Assembly (NCBI GenBank): GCA_004376465.1
Contig: SOJU01000252.1
Coordinates: forward strand, 1-52,335
Direction: 5' to 3'
DNA: 52,335 nt
DNA from: Anaerolineales bacterium
Lineage (GTDB): Bacteria; Chloroflexota; Anaerolineae; Anaerolineales; E44-bin32
Position 1 is the first letter of the stretch. Each line of letters starts with the position of its first letter. The notes beneath the pieces were generated by a model. That model searched no databases. It was not told the origin of the DNA and saw only the letters and a list, made by a program, of their open reading frames with translations. Both the position numbers and the translations under genes were made by a program. This document shows, one piece after another, positions 34,144 through 43,426 of the stretch.

Positions 34144-34858
34144 GTCCGATGCGTTGTACCGAACTGCTAGCGATCTATTGGGGGTAAACCTATCTCTCCA
34201 CCAGATCGAGGCTTTTCAATGGTATGCGAATGAACTACGCAGTTGGAACCAACGCTACAATCTAACCGCTATTACAGATCCTGACGAAATCTATATCAAA
34301 CACTTTATTGATTCGTTATCATGTCTTCAAGTTGAGCAATTCCGTCCACCGGGGAACGTCATCGATGTCGGGACCGGCGCTGGTTTCCCGGGCATTCCAC
34401 TCAAGATTGTTTATCCTCAATTCAAGATGACGCTTGTAGAATCTATCGGTAAAAAGATGGAGTTCTGCCGCCACGTGATCCAGTCGCTCGGTTTGGATGG
34501 CGTCGATATTGTCCAGGCCCGGGCGGAAAACTTAGGAAAGAATGTGCAACACCGCGAGCGATACGATTGGGCAATTGCTAGGGCCGTAGCGATCCTGCCA
34601 GTCTTATTGGAATATCTCCTTCCTTTTATTAAATTGGGAGGTGGCGCTATCGTGCAGAAGGGGGAAACAGGTCCCGCTGAAGCTCATTCGGCGGAGAAGG
34701 CGCTGAGCGTCCTTGGGGGAGAGATCAAGCAGGTTCTACCCGTAGAGCTACCGCGAGTTACGGAACCCCGCTATTTGATTGTGGTCGATAAGGTCGCAGG
34801 CACTCCGGAGAAGTACCCCCGCAAACCGGGGATCCCCGCGAAGCGGCCGCTCAAGTAG
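34136..34858 (+). CDS. rsmG: 16S rRNA (guanine527-N7)-methyltransferase RsmG
   Basis: I trimmed the start to the ATG at 34136, which overlaps the upstream stop. WNQRYNLTAI, DVGTGAGFPGIPLKI and ARAVA are canonical GidB/RsmG motifs. Confidence 0.9.
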   Translation: MNESDALYRTASDLLGVNLSLHQIEAFQWYANELRSWNQRYNLTAITDPDEIYIKHFIDSLSCLQVEQFRPPGNVIDVGTGAGFPGIPLKIVYPQFKMTLVESIGKKMEFCRHVIQSLGLDGVDIVQARAENLGKNVQHRERYDWAIARAVAILPVLLEYLLPFIKLGGGAIVQKGETGPAEAHSAEKALSVLGGEIKQVLPVELPRVTEPRYLIVVDKVAGTPEKYPRKPGIPAKRPLK

Positions 34859-34882
34859 TCCCCACTCTATTCGAAAGAGATC

Positions 34883-35034
34883 GCTTTTTCTTATCTTCCC
34901 CCTAAATCCCCCAATGCCCCCTCCGCGCTGGTTCGGGGGTGCACGCGAGGTGATTGTGGGGGACTTATCATCCCGAGCTTGTCGAGGGACCACTCCCCTG
35001 GCAAAGCGCTCAGAGCGAAGCGTGGAGCACACCC
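34883..35034 (+). repeat. Intergenic dispersed repeat, copy A (forward on + strand)
   Basis: Hand alignment against the reverse complement of 49289-49440 gives 11 substitutions and 2 single-nt indels over about 152 nt. A 45-nt core is identical (34955-34999). Confidence 0.85.
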
Positions 35035-35319
35035 TCTGACAACGATCGATTCGGCTTGACGTTTCAAAAGGGCGTCTCTAAGGAATATTTGGCAGTGCTC
35101 AGGGGATATGCATTGTGATTGGTCCCACATTAGTTAGGGGAGTCGGTTGCATAATGGCGGTGGACTGACACACTGGCAGGCTCACACCGTACCGCGCTGG
35201 TTACTGTGCGGTGTAACCTGAAGGTCCTCAGTTTCCCACGCGGAGTTTATCCTGCGAAGTCACCGACCAACGAGAGTGGGGAGTTTATCGAAGGGCTCTG
35301 GACATGCGAATCCGTAAGG

Positions 35320-36618
35320 CTAGGGAGATAGAGCAGACAACAGCCATTCATAAAGCGGCACAACTTCCACCGTAGTGCCCTCTATGGTAATGGTTTCTTT
35401 GTCCGCCAGATTGACAATTTGAAGCCGGTTTTGTTCTTTCTTTTCTTCGGAGAGTTCTACTAAAGAGCGAAGCTCTCGCAGCCTGGTTTTCTCATTGCTT
35501 AGGTCCTGACTGACCTGGATTGCGAGTTGTTCAGATGGAACGAAAAAGTCGACCTCATGATTTTGTTTTGTTTTGTAATAGAAGATATCCTGGTGATGTC
35601 TCCGTAACTGAAGAAAAACAAGATTTTCCATTAATTTCCCAATATTCTTTGAAAATGAGAATCCAACTGAGTTCAGCATGCCTGTATCAATGCCAAATAT
35701 TTTTTTTGCTGCTATTTGTTGTTCTTTGACTGAATAGGCATACTTGTTGATTGTAAAGAACAGCCAGGCATTTTCCAAGTAACTGATATATTTCTTGACT
35801 GTGTTGACGCTGCCCAGTTTGAGGTTGGTCTTTAGTTTGTTAAAAGAGATTTCAGAAGCGGGGTTGCTGATTAGATAGAAGGCCAGTTCCTGGAGGCTTT
35901 TTACATTGTCAATTCTGTAAAGGGCTGCGATATCCCTGTAGAGCACATCGTCATACAGGGTTTTGAGAATATCCAATTGAGGATACTTTAACGCATCAGG
36001 TATGCCTCCATTAACTAGATACTCTCTGGAATGCTTCAGTAAGGCCCCTCTTTCGCTGGTGGTTAGGGTTGGTGTTTTTGGCAATTCAACTCTATGAAAC
36101 TTAATATATTCTGTGAATGAGAAAGGAAATAGCTCATAGCGGAGAGATCTACCGGTTAGCTTTGTACCCAGTTCCTGACTTAAGAAAGATGAGTTGGATC
36201 CTGTGATGATGAACTGGTATCCGTGATCGTGTAGCCGGCGGACAAATCGTTCCCATTCTGGTACATTTTGAATCTCATCAAACAGAAATATTTTTCTTTC
36301 ACCAAACAGACCGATTAAAGCTTCGTGAAGATGGTCAAACTGATCTGCTGTAAAACTCAGGAGGCGTTCATCCTCAAAGTTCACGAAATAAAAGTTATCA
36401 GACAGTTGAGTTTGGGCGATTTGGGCCAGCAGGGTAGATTTGCCGACTCTCCGGAGACCGGTGATGACTATTATTTTGGGTGTTGCCAAGCCCGTAGTAA
36501 TCTCTGGGAGGATTTCCCGCGGAGTTCCTAAATCAACATTGGAAAAGGTTTCGTATTGTTGCCTGAGAACGGAACTTAATCGTTCTAACGGGAGATTGTG
36601 GGGTGGTTGATTGCTCAT
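35320..36618 (-). CDS. AAA+ ATPase with C-terminal DUF4143 domain (AAA_14 family)
   Basis: Walker A is ITGLRRVGKSTLL and Walker B is IFLFDEIQ. The C-terminal HEVDFFV resembles the DUF4143 nuclease-fold-like region. By eye the gene is clearly more AT-rich than its neighbours. Confidence 0.85.
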   Translation of the reverse strand: MSNQPPHNLPLERLSSVLRQQYETFSNVDLGTPREILPEITTGLATPKIIVITGLRRVGKSTLLAQIAQTQLSDNFYFVNFEDERLLSFTADQFDHLHEALIGLFGERKIFLFDEIQNVPEWERFVRRLHDHGYQFIITGSNSSFLSQELGTKLTGRSLRYELFPFSFTEYIKFHRVELPKTPTLTTSERGALLKHSREYLVNGGIPDALKYPQLDILKTLYDDVLYRDIAALYRIDNVKSLQELAFYLISNPASEISFNKLKTNLKLGSVNTVKKYISYLENAWLFFTINKYAYSVKEQQIAAKKIFGIDTGMLNSVGFSFSKNIGKLMENLVFLQLRRHHQDIFYYKTKQNHEVDFFVPSEQLAIQVSQDLSNEKTRLRELRSLVELSEEKKEQNRLQIVNLADKETITIEGTTVEVVPLYEWLLSALSP

Positions 36619-36642
36619 GATACTTGAATTCTAGCCGAAAAA

Positions 36643-36699
36643 GTTTTCACTGTCAATGAAAACATTTAGACAATAGTTTTCACTGGGAGTGAAAACTAT
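36643..36699. promoter_or_regulatory. Two palindromes sharing the half-site GTTTTCA(C), upstream of the AAA/DUF4143 gene
   Basis: The first is GTTTTCA-7 nt-TGAAAAC (36643-36663). The second is ATAGTTTTCAC-5 nt-GTGAAAACTAT (36673-36699, a perfect 11-bp arm). Their centres are about 33 bp apart, 25-80 bp upstream of the ATG at 36618. Confidence 0.4.
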
Positions 36700-37097
36700 C
36701 TGTTCGGAGTCAGTTATAAAAATTAGTGTAAGGTGTAAAAACTATATCCGTACTGAATTCATGTGCACCCTCACTTTCCAATCTGATCTCCTCTACGCCT
36801 TGTCTATTCACTACTTTTACATTCAACTCGCAAGCATAATACATAATGATGAAGGCGAGGTTAGTAGCGTTCCTGACCTATACCCAGACTGCACATGCCA
36901 GGTCTACTCTCCGCGTGTAGGATAATTGAAACCTAATGCTCGCTGGGTTCCGAGCAGTTGAAAATCGCAAGGCTACCCTTGGGACACCAGCCTAACGGTC
37001 CAAGATCCCCCTTTCAGGGTTCCAACTCATAATATTAACTAGAGCGTCTACTGTATTGCCGATTACCTTATTTGGTGAAGGGTCTCACTGCTGGGGT

Positions 37098-38309
37098 TTA
37101 CTCGGGTCGAGGAGCGATTGTTCCTGCATCGATTTGCCATAGCGTGGCCTGGTCTTGGAATGGTTCGGTGAACATCGAAAGGTCTGCGGTTGTCAATATG
37201 GATTGCGTTACGGAAGATATGTGCGAGAGTAAATCTTCTCGCCGTTCGAGATCCAGTTCCGCTAATACCTCGTCCAACAATAAAATTGGCCAATCGCCGG
37301 TTCGCTGCTTGAGCCATTCAATTTCCGCAAGTTTCATCGCCAACATCGCCGTGCGATTCTGGCCTCGGGAACCATACAAACGAAGATCGATGCCATTCGA
37401 CCGGGGCCGGAAATCGTCCCGGTGAGGTCCTTGGAGTGTTACCCCTCGAGCTATTTCGTCACCCCGATTGCGCTCAAGAGCCTCCAGCATTCCCTTTCGT
37501 ATCTCCTCTCTACTGATCCCTGTGCGACCCAGAGCCGCATCGATCGGCAATTCTAGCTGCCCATCCGGCTGAGGTGCGGGGTCAAAGGACGGTTGGTAAT
37601 CCAGCCGCAAAGTTTCTTTATTCCTGGTGAGCTTTGAGTAAATTGGCGCAGCGAGTTGATCCAACTCGCGCAGTGCGAGTGCCCGGCCGCGAATAAGGGA
37701 TGCAGCCAAATCACATAACTGCTCATCCCAGAAAGTCAACTGATCCAACGGGCTGCGCCCTTCCTGAGATTTTTTAAGCAGCGCATTCCGCTGGGTGAGC
37801 ACTTTTTGGTATTCAGAGAGAGCGGCCGCGTAGGTCGGATCCGCCTGTGCAAGGCTGGAATCAAGGAAGCGGCGGCGATTGCCGGGTGCGCCCTCGATGA
37901 TCTTTAAATCTTGCGGGAGAAATAAAACAGCTGTAAAGGAGCTGGCCAGCTCGCGCATTCGGCGCTTGAGCCCGTTGACCAGCACTTCCTTGCGCACGCG
38001 GCCTTCGCTGGATTGAGAATTGCTTTCGATTACGATGCGAATTTCGATGCGCTGGATGCGCTCCTGTGATTCGATCTCGGCGACAAGACGAGCGAAGGGG
38101 CTTGGTTCCTCAAGGGCGAGGAAGTTGATCAGGTGGCGATCGCTTGCGGTGTGGAAAGAAGCTGCGCCGGTGAGGTAGTGAATCGCCTCAAGCAAACTGG
38201 TCTTCCCTTGTCCGTTACCGCCAACCAAAATCGTAGAACCCGCCGCAAAATCCGTCTCAAGGCGGATAAAGTTTCGAAAATTTGTGAGGGATAAGTGTTT
38301 CAAATGCAT
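37098..38309 (-). CDS. recF: DNA replication and repair protein RecF
   Basis: I trimmed the start to the ATG at 38309. The N-terminus is MHLKHLSLTNFRNF, Walker A is GGNGQGKTSLLEAI, the signature is SRGQNRT, and Walker B is ILLLDEVLAELD. Confidence 0.9.
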   Translation of the reverse strand: MHLKHLSLTNFRNFIRLETDFAAGSTILVGGNGQGKTSLLEAIHYLTGAASFHTASDRHLINFLALEEPSPFARLVAEIESQERIQRIEIRIVIESNSQSSEGRVRKEVLVNGLKRRMRELASSFTAVLFLPQDLKIIEGAPGNRRRFLDSSLAQADPTYAAALSEYQKVLTQRNALLKKSQEGRSPLDQLTFWDEQLCDLAASLIRGRALALRELDQLAAPIYSKLTRNKETLRLDYQPSFDPAPQPDGQLELPIDAALGRTGISREEIRKGMLEALERNRGDEIARGVTLQGPHRDDFRPRSNGIDLRLYGSRGQNRTAMLAMKLAEIEWLKQRTGDWPILLLDEVLAELDLERREDLLSHISSVTQSILTTADLSMFTEPFQDQATLWQIDAGTIAPRPE

Positions 38310-38638
38310 GGCTGCCGAGATTGTAGCATAGCTCGCAGGATGGAACTCGAGACAGCGATAATCCAAACCCCTCCAAATTGAGGGAGTGATAAAGCAGATT
38401 GGACAGCCCCCCATATCAATAGACGGTAAGGATCGGCCCACGTGTTGGCCCGCGGAAGCAAATCTCCCTTACTTAAAAATTGGGGTCACTCAAAATGGAG
38501 TCGTAGTCACTAGTGATGTTGGTTTCATCCAGCGGTATTTGGAGGAGATCAGGAAACATCCGATCGCTGTCTATGTGTGCCAACGGTAGCGTGTGGGGGG
38601 GGCGATGGATAAGAACTGAAAGTGAGGCGGGCAGCAGA

Positions 38639-39166
38639 TTACACTGGTGTGGGAAGCTCTTCATCCTCCTGTTCTTCAACCCGCCAAACCTGAGTAGCGC
38701 GGTCGATGTAGAGGATGCCTTCAATATGGTCGATCTCATGTTGGAAGATGCGCGCCAGCCATCCCTTGGCTTTTAGCTTAAAATCCTGGCCGTGTCGGTT
38801 CAAACCCTTTACGGTGACTCGCTCGTACCGCTCGACTTCGCCAAAATACCCCGGTAGAGAGAGGCAGGCTTCGTTACCAAGTACCCTGTCCTTTGATGTA
38901 CGCGTGATCTCAGGATTGATTACCGCATAGAGTTTTGGAGGTTTTTCCGGCGCGTCCTCATCTTCGCTGCCTTCAGCATACTCGACGACAATCACTCGCA
39001 AACCGACATCTATCTGGGGTGCGGCTAGGCCGACTCCCGGAGCGACTCGCATCGTCTCAACTAAATCATCGATGAGTTGTGTAATCTCGGGTGTTATTCG
39101 GTGGACCTTCTGAGCGCGTTGGCGCAGGGTCGGGTTAGGTGGGGTAACGATCTCGCGAATTGCCAT
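38639..39166 (-). CDS. def: Peptide deformylase
   Basis: The three canonical motifs are present: GVGLAAPQI, EACLSLPG and QHEIDHIEG. Confidence 0.95.
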   Translation of the reverse strand: MAIREIVTPPNPTLRQRAQKVHRITPEITQLIDDLVETMRVAPGVGLAAPQIDVGLRVIVVEYAEGSEDEDAPEKPPKLYAVINPEITRTSKDRVLGNEACLSLPGYFGEVERYERVTVKGLNRHGQDFKLKAKGWLARIFQHEIDHIEGILYIDRATQVWRVEEQEDEELPTPV

Positions 39167-40814
39167 AGTGCTGCGAATCTCCGTCTTCGTCTTCGGAGTC
39201 TCCTTGGGTGTATTTGTCGTGATAAATATCGAACAATTCTACCATTTCACTCTGTCGCTTGAAGCGCTCTTGCTCTGCTTTACGAAGCATCAGGGCTTCC
39301 TGCGCGTGAACGATGTCCTGTTGAACTGTGACCGGGTCGTAAACGCCCCGAAATACGAACTGGGCTATGCCAACATTCGCAACCACATCACCAAAGTTAA
39401 ACAGGATGCCAAACACGCCTTTGCGATCGACCTCCGTGCCAAGGATGTTCTCAATTGGAGCCACTTTGCGTTCCTCCCGGGCGAGAGGCTTTTTATTAAT
39501 ATCGATGATGTGCTGAGCGGTGATTTGGTAGATGTCATTCGCCCAGTCTGCATATCGGTATATCCACCAAACACAAAGCGCCACAATCGCAGCGGTGCTT
39601 ATGGGCAGGAAAATATTGGGAGAGGGAAAGGATACCAAACCACCAAGACGCGCTCCGACAAACCCGATTACAACAATAAACAACAATGAGGGAATACTGA
39701 TCTCGCGCAGCAAAGCGGCCCAGTGTTTTCGGTAGGTGATTGTGCCTTCATCCTCAAAACGGAGTTTAAACCCCCAACGGTTCGTCCCGCGAATATCAGG
39801 GGACTCGGTTTGATCGGCTAGCGGTGTAAGGCTCTCTTCAACGATCTGCGGTTCTTCATCCTGCAGACGCTGATCAAGCGCTTCGACCAGTGATGTGCGG
39901 TCCGTTAGGTCCTGTTTTGCGCGCTGACGCTGCCAGTTCGCTCCGATCAAGGCGGCGATAGTTTGGGCTTCGCCGACATTGCGGAAAACGACTTTGCCGG
40001 TATAGGTACGAATCACGACGTCCCCGAATCCCATCATGCGCCCCGTGACGTCTGTCCCGACGCTGATGGAGAGGATTGTATGCAGCGGCGCCTCGCGGCG
40101 ACTGTCGTAGATGCCAATCACCTTCTCTAACCAGACAGCGCGGCGATCGGTCACGATATAGTAATCATTGGTCCAATCTAACCACTGCCAAATTCCGAAG
40201 AGGATTCCGGCTAATGCAAGACCAAATCCGCCCCACATGGCGATGGTGACATCGCCTAGAAGGGCCCAAAGGATGAGTGCAGAAGCGCCGCCGATCATGA
40301 GCACAGGAATGGTTAACCGTTGAAAGAGTACGAAAGAATGTTTGCGGGAAAGAGCGTAGATCACCTCGCCCTCCCTGAGCCAGGAGAAGCGAAGCTTTTT
40401 TGCGAGCTTGTGGCTTTGGGCGACGAATTGCAGGCCTTTCAGCGCCACCGGCTGAGTCTTCATGAATTGTGTAAGGAGAAGGCGATCCCAACGTAGAACG
40501 ACGGTGGCCTCAACTGACCGGACTGTAGCCGGGCGCGGCTGACGGTAGATCATCTCGAGCGCGCCGATTGTGTCTCCCGGAACGAGGTGTCCAAGGGAAA
40601 TCCACTCACCGTCTTCGTCGCCATGGAGAAGTTCAACCTCACCCTCCAGGATGATGTACAAGGAATCTGGAGGCCCCCCTTGTGCTACGATGGTTTCACC
40701 CACTGCATACTTCTCGCGCGGCAGAACTTCTGCAAGCTCGATACGCTCTTCGGGCGTCAGGTGGCGAAGGAAGTGGACATGATTAAGAAGATCAGTTGGC
40801 TCGGAGTGCACCAT
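39135..40814 (-). CDS. Cyclic-nucleotide-binding domain protein fused to a membrane-embedded bacterial PH (bPH_2/YdbT-like) repeat region
   Basis: The N-terminal CAP/cNMP fold shows GGPPDSLYIILEGEV and GDTIGALEM. Two TM-hairpin + PH-like units follow (DYYIVTDRRAVW; DIYQITAQHIIDI). The 3' end overlaps def by 32 nt. Confidence 0.8.
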   Translation of the reverse strand: MVHSEPTDLLNHVHFLRHLTPEERIELAEVLPREKYAVGETIVAQGGPPDSLYIILEGEVELLHGDEDGEWISLGHLVPGDTIGALEMIYRQPRPATVRSVEATVVLRWDRLLLTQFMKTQPVALKGLQFVAQSHKLAKKLRFSWLREGEVIYALSRKHSFVLFQRLTIPVLMIGGASALILWALLGDVTIAMWGGFGLALAGILFGIWQWLDWTNDYYIVTDRRAVWLEKVIGIYDSRREAPLHTILSISVGTDVTGRMMGFGDVVIRTYTGKVVFRNVGEAQTIAALIGANWQRQRAKQDLTDRTSLVEALDQRLQDEEPQIVEESLTPLADQTESPDIRGTNRWGFKLRFEDEGTITYRKHWAALLREISIPSLLFIVVIGFVGARLGGLVSFPSPNIFLPISTAAIVALCVWWIYRYADWANDIYQITAQHIIDINKKPLAREERKVAPIENILGTEVDRKGVFGILFNFGDVVANVGIAQFVFRGVYDPVTVQQDIVHAQEALMLRKAEQERFKRQSEMVELFDIYHDKYTQGDSEDEDGDSQHYGNSRDRYPT

Positions 40815-40873
40815 GGTTAGATTTTAGCATGGTGCGCGAACATTTGCGGGCCGCTATGCTATAATCGCCACGC

Positions 40874-43216
40874 TTGGAGACGGAAGTGGCGAAAAAAACA
40901 TCCACTCGAAGTCAACGAAAGAGTACCTCGAGGTCAACGAGCCGTAAAAAAACGGCGAAGAGGCGCACCTCGGGAAATTTCATTACCTCGTTTCGCAGTT
41001 CACTTGGCGATTTATTTTCACTCCAGGGCATCCTCACACGTGAACGGAAAACTAACCTGCTCGGGCTCTTTCTGCTCGTAGTCGGCTTATTGACGATTCT
41101 GAGTCTACTCACCACAGAGCAGGGTTTGATCGGAAACGTGTGGGTTAATTTGCTTCAACAGACCTTTGGCTGGGGGATGTTCATCGTACCTCTAGCGCTG
41201 ATCCTTGGTGGAGCAGGGATTCTATTAAGGAAACTTCGTGGTCGCTTACCGGGGCTTGAGCCAGAAAAGATTGTTGGAGTGGCCTCATTGTTCCTGCTCA
41301 TCTTGGTTCTCATGCATGCGCTGCTCGGGGCGACGACCTTTCCGATAGGAAAAGCTATCGCTCAAGAAGGACGCGGCGGAGGGATCATCGGCGCTGCGAT
41401 CTACGCTCTTATGATTAGCAGCCTGGGTGTTGGCGGAGCGATTGTTGTTATCGCGGCATGGCTGCTTGTTTCCATCACTTTCATAATCGGGATTTCACTT
41501 CCTGAATTGGTAGATTACGCACTAAGGAGTTGGAGCTGGGTTCTCCAGCAATTCACGAGTATTCCATCATTATCTCAATCCAAGACGGATGCGCGAACTA
41601 CAGTCACCCCTCCGCAACCCCTGGATACCGCCCCATCGATCCAGCCGGAAGCGGTTCAACCTCAGCAGGGACTGGACCTGCCAGCATCTCTCCAGACTGA
41701 AGCGGCGGGGGTTAGTCCACAGCGGCAGTGGATGCTGCCGGAGGTGGCAGAGATACTCGAGCCGGGAGCGGTAAGCCGGGCGGATGAGACATTCGACCGA
41801 GAGCGCGCCCGGCTGATCGAAGAAACGCTGCGAGTATTTGGTGCGCCCGCGCGAGTTGTTGAGATCAATCGCGGCCCAGTGATTACTCAATTTGGAGTTG
41901 AACCGGATTTTATTGAAGGACGTGGAGGGCGGCGCACGAAGGTTAAAGTGAGCAAGATTTCATCTTTGGCGGATGATCTTGCTCTAGCGCTTGCTGCACC
42001 CTCGATTAGGATTGAAGCGCCCGTACCGAGCAAGGGTTACGTTGGCATCGAGGTCCCCAACACTGATGTTTCGTTAGTTGCGCTGCGTGATGTGATCGAA
42101 GCGCAGAATTTTCAGAAGATGCGCACCAGGCTGAAGCTTGGGTTAGGAATCGATGTGTCGGGCGGGTCAGTTATTGCGGATCTCGCGGCCATGCCGCATC
42201 TGCTTATCGCCGGCACGACGGGCTCAGGCAAATCCGTATGCGTGAATGCCATCATCTCCTGCCTGCTGCTTCAGAACACACCCGATGAACTTAAGTTTGT
42301 CATGGTCGACCCGAAGAGGGTTGAATTGACAAACTATAACGGCATCCCTCATCTTATGGCTCCCGTCGTTGTTGAATTGGAGCGTGTTGTGTCAGCGCTG
42401 CAATGGGTCTCGCGCGAGATGGATCGTCGCTATCATTTGTTCGCCCAAGTAGGTGTACGAAATATCGGTGACTACAAACGGCGAGTGAATCAATCGGGGG
42501 GGCGGTCGATGCATTACATCGTCGTCGTGATCGACGAGCTAGCGGACCTTATGATGCTGGCGCCTCATGAGACTGAGATGGTGATCACTCGCCTGGCGCA
42601 GCTCGCGCGCGCGACGGGAATTCATCTGGTCATTGCCACCCAGCGTCCTTCCGTTGATGTAGTCACCGGCTTGATTAAAGCTAACTTCCCGGCGCGCATT
42701 GCCTTCGCCGTGGCATCCTCCGTCGACAGCCGGGTCATCCTGGATCAACCGGGCGCTGAACGACTTCTAGGGCGAGGGGATATGCTCTTTCAGGCACCCG
42801 ACGCGTCAGCACCCATCCGTATGCAGGGAGCGTATGTCTCCGAGGAGGAGTTAAACCGATTAATCCAATATTGGAAGATCGCCAACCTGGGAGAAGAGAT
42901 CGAGGAACAGCCCGTGACACCTATTGAAAGTATTCCGCCGGGCGTCGATCTTAAGCAGGCACCGCTATGGGACGAGATGGCCGAAGATGATGAGGACCTC
43001 GACCTACTGTTTAACGAGGCTGTTTCGGTCATTCGCGGGGTGCGGCGCGCGTCGATCTCGCTGCTGCAGCGCCACCTGCGGATCGGATACACACGCTCCG
43101 CACGGCTCGTGGATCAACTCGAAGAGCGCGGTATTATCGGTCCTGCGAAAAGCGGCTCGCAACCGCGAGAGGTCCTTGACTACGGCGATCTCGCACCGCC
43201 AGATGAGCAGGGGTGA
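40874..43216 (+). CDS. ftsK: DNA translocase FtsK/SpoIIIE
   Basis: It has a basic N-terminal tail, 4-5 TM segments and a Pro/Gln linker. Walker A is LLIAGTTGSGKSV and Walker B is IVVVIDELADL. A C-terminal gamma wHTH (SISLLQRHLRIGYTRSARLVDQLE) is present. It has a TTG start. Confidence 0.9.
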   Translation: METEVAKKTSTRSQRKSTSRSTSRKKTAKRRTSGNFITSFRSSLGDLFSLQGILTRERKTNLLGLFLLVVGLLTILSLLTTEQGLIGNVWVNLLQQTFGWGMFIVPLALILGGAGILLRKLRGRLPGLEPEKIVGVASLFLLILVLMHALLGATTFPIGKAIAQEGRGGGIIGAAIYALMISSLGVGGAIVVIAAWLLVSITFIIGISLPELVDYALRSWSWVLQQFTSIPSLSQSKTDARTTVTPPQPLDTAPSIQPEAVQPQQGLDLPASLQTEAAGVSPQRQWMLPEVAEILEPGAVSRADETFDRERARLIEETLRVFGAPARVVEINRGPVITQFGVEPDFIEGRGGRRTKVKVSKISSLADDLALALAAPSIRIEAPVPSKGYVGIEVPNTDVSLVALRDVIEAQNFQKMRTRLKLGLGIDVSGGSVIADLAAMPHLLIAGTTGSGKSVCVNAIISCLLLQNTPDELKFVMVDPKRVELTNYNGIPHLMAPVVVELERVVSALQWVSREMDRRYHLFAQVGVRNIGDYKRRVNQSGGRSMHYIVVVIDELADLMMLAPHETEMVITRLAQLARATGIHLVIATQRPSVDVVTGLIKANFPARIAFAVASSVDSRVILDQPGAERLLGRGDMLFQAPDASAPIRMQGAYVSEEELNRLIQYWKIANLGEEIEEQPVTPIESIPPGVDLKQAPLWDEMAEDDEDLDLLFNEAVSVIRGVRRASISLLQRHLRIGYTRSARLVDQLEERGIIGPAKSGSQPREVLDYGDLAPPDEQG

Positions 43217-43426
43217 TCACCGTTCATCATCACGGCAACAGCCCAAGTAGTCATTGTGAGCGTGAGTGGTGATTCATTGCAACTAGCGATGTCTCATGCT
43301 ATCATTGCATGGATCACAAACCCCTTTACCAAGCATAATTGCGGCAATGTTTGTGTTTGTGAGAGGGGTGGTTTGGGAGAAGAATATATTGTCCGCGCCG
43401 CAACATTCAAAATGGAGGAATGTAAC

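Noticed and set aside
35242-35289. 10-bp direct repeat GGAGTTTATC, two copies 38 bp apart, just downstream of the AAA ATPase stop.
   Set aside because: It is too short, with only two copies. It could be chance or a fragment of another dispersed element, and there is no supporting structure.
36689-36925. 78-aa ORF in the AT-rich spacer next to the AAA ATPase gene.
   Set aside because: Its GTG start lies inside the palindrome arm. The product is Cys/Tyr/Ile-rich with no recognisable fold, and there is no SD. It is probably a chance ORF in AT-rich DNA.
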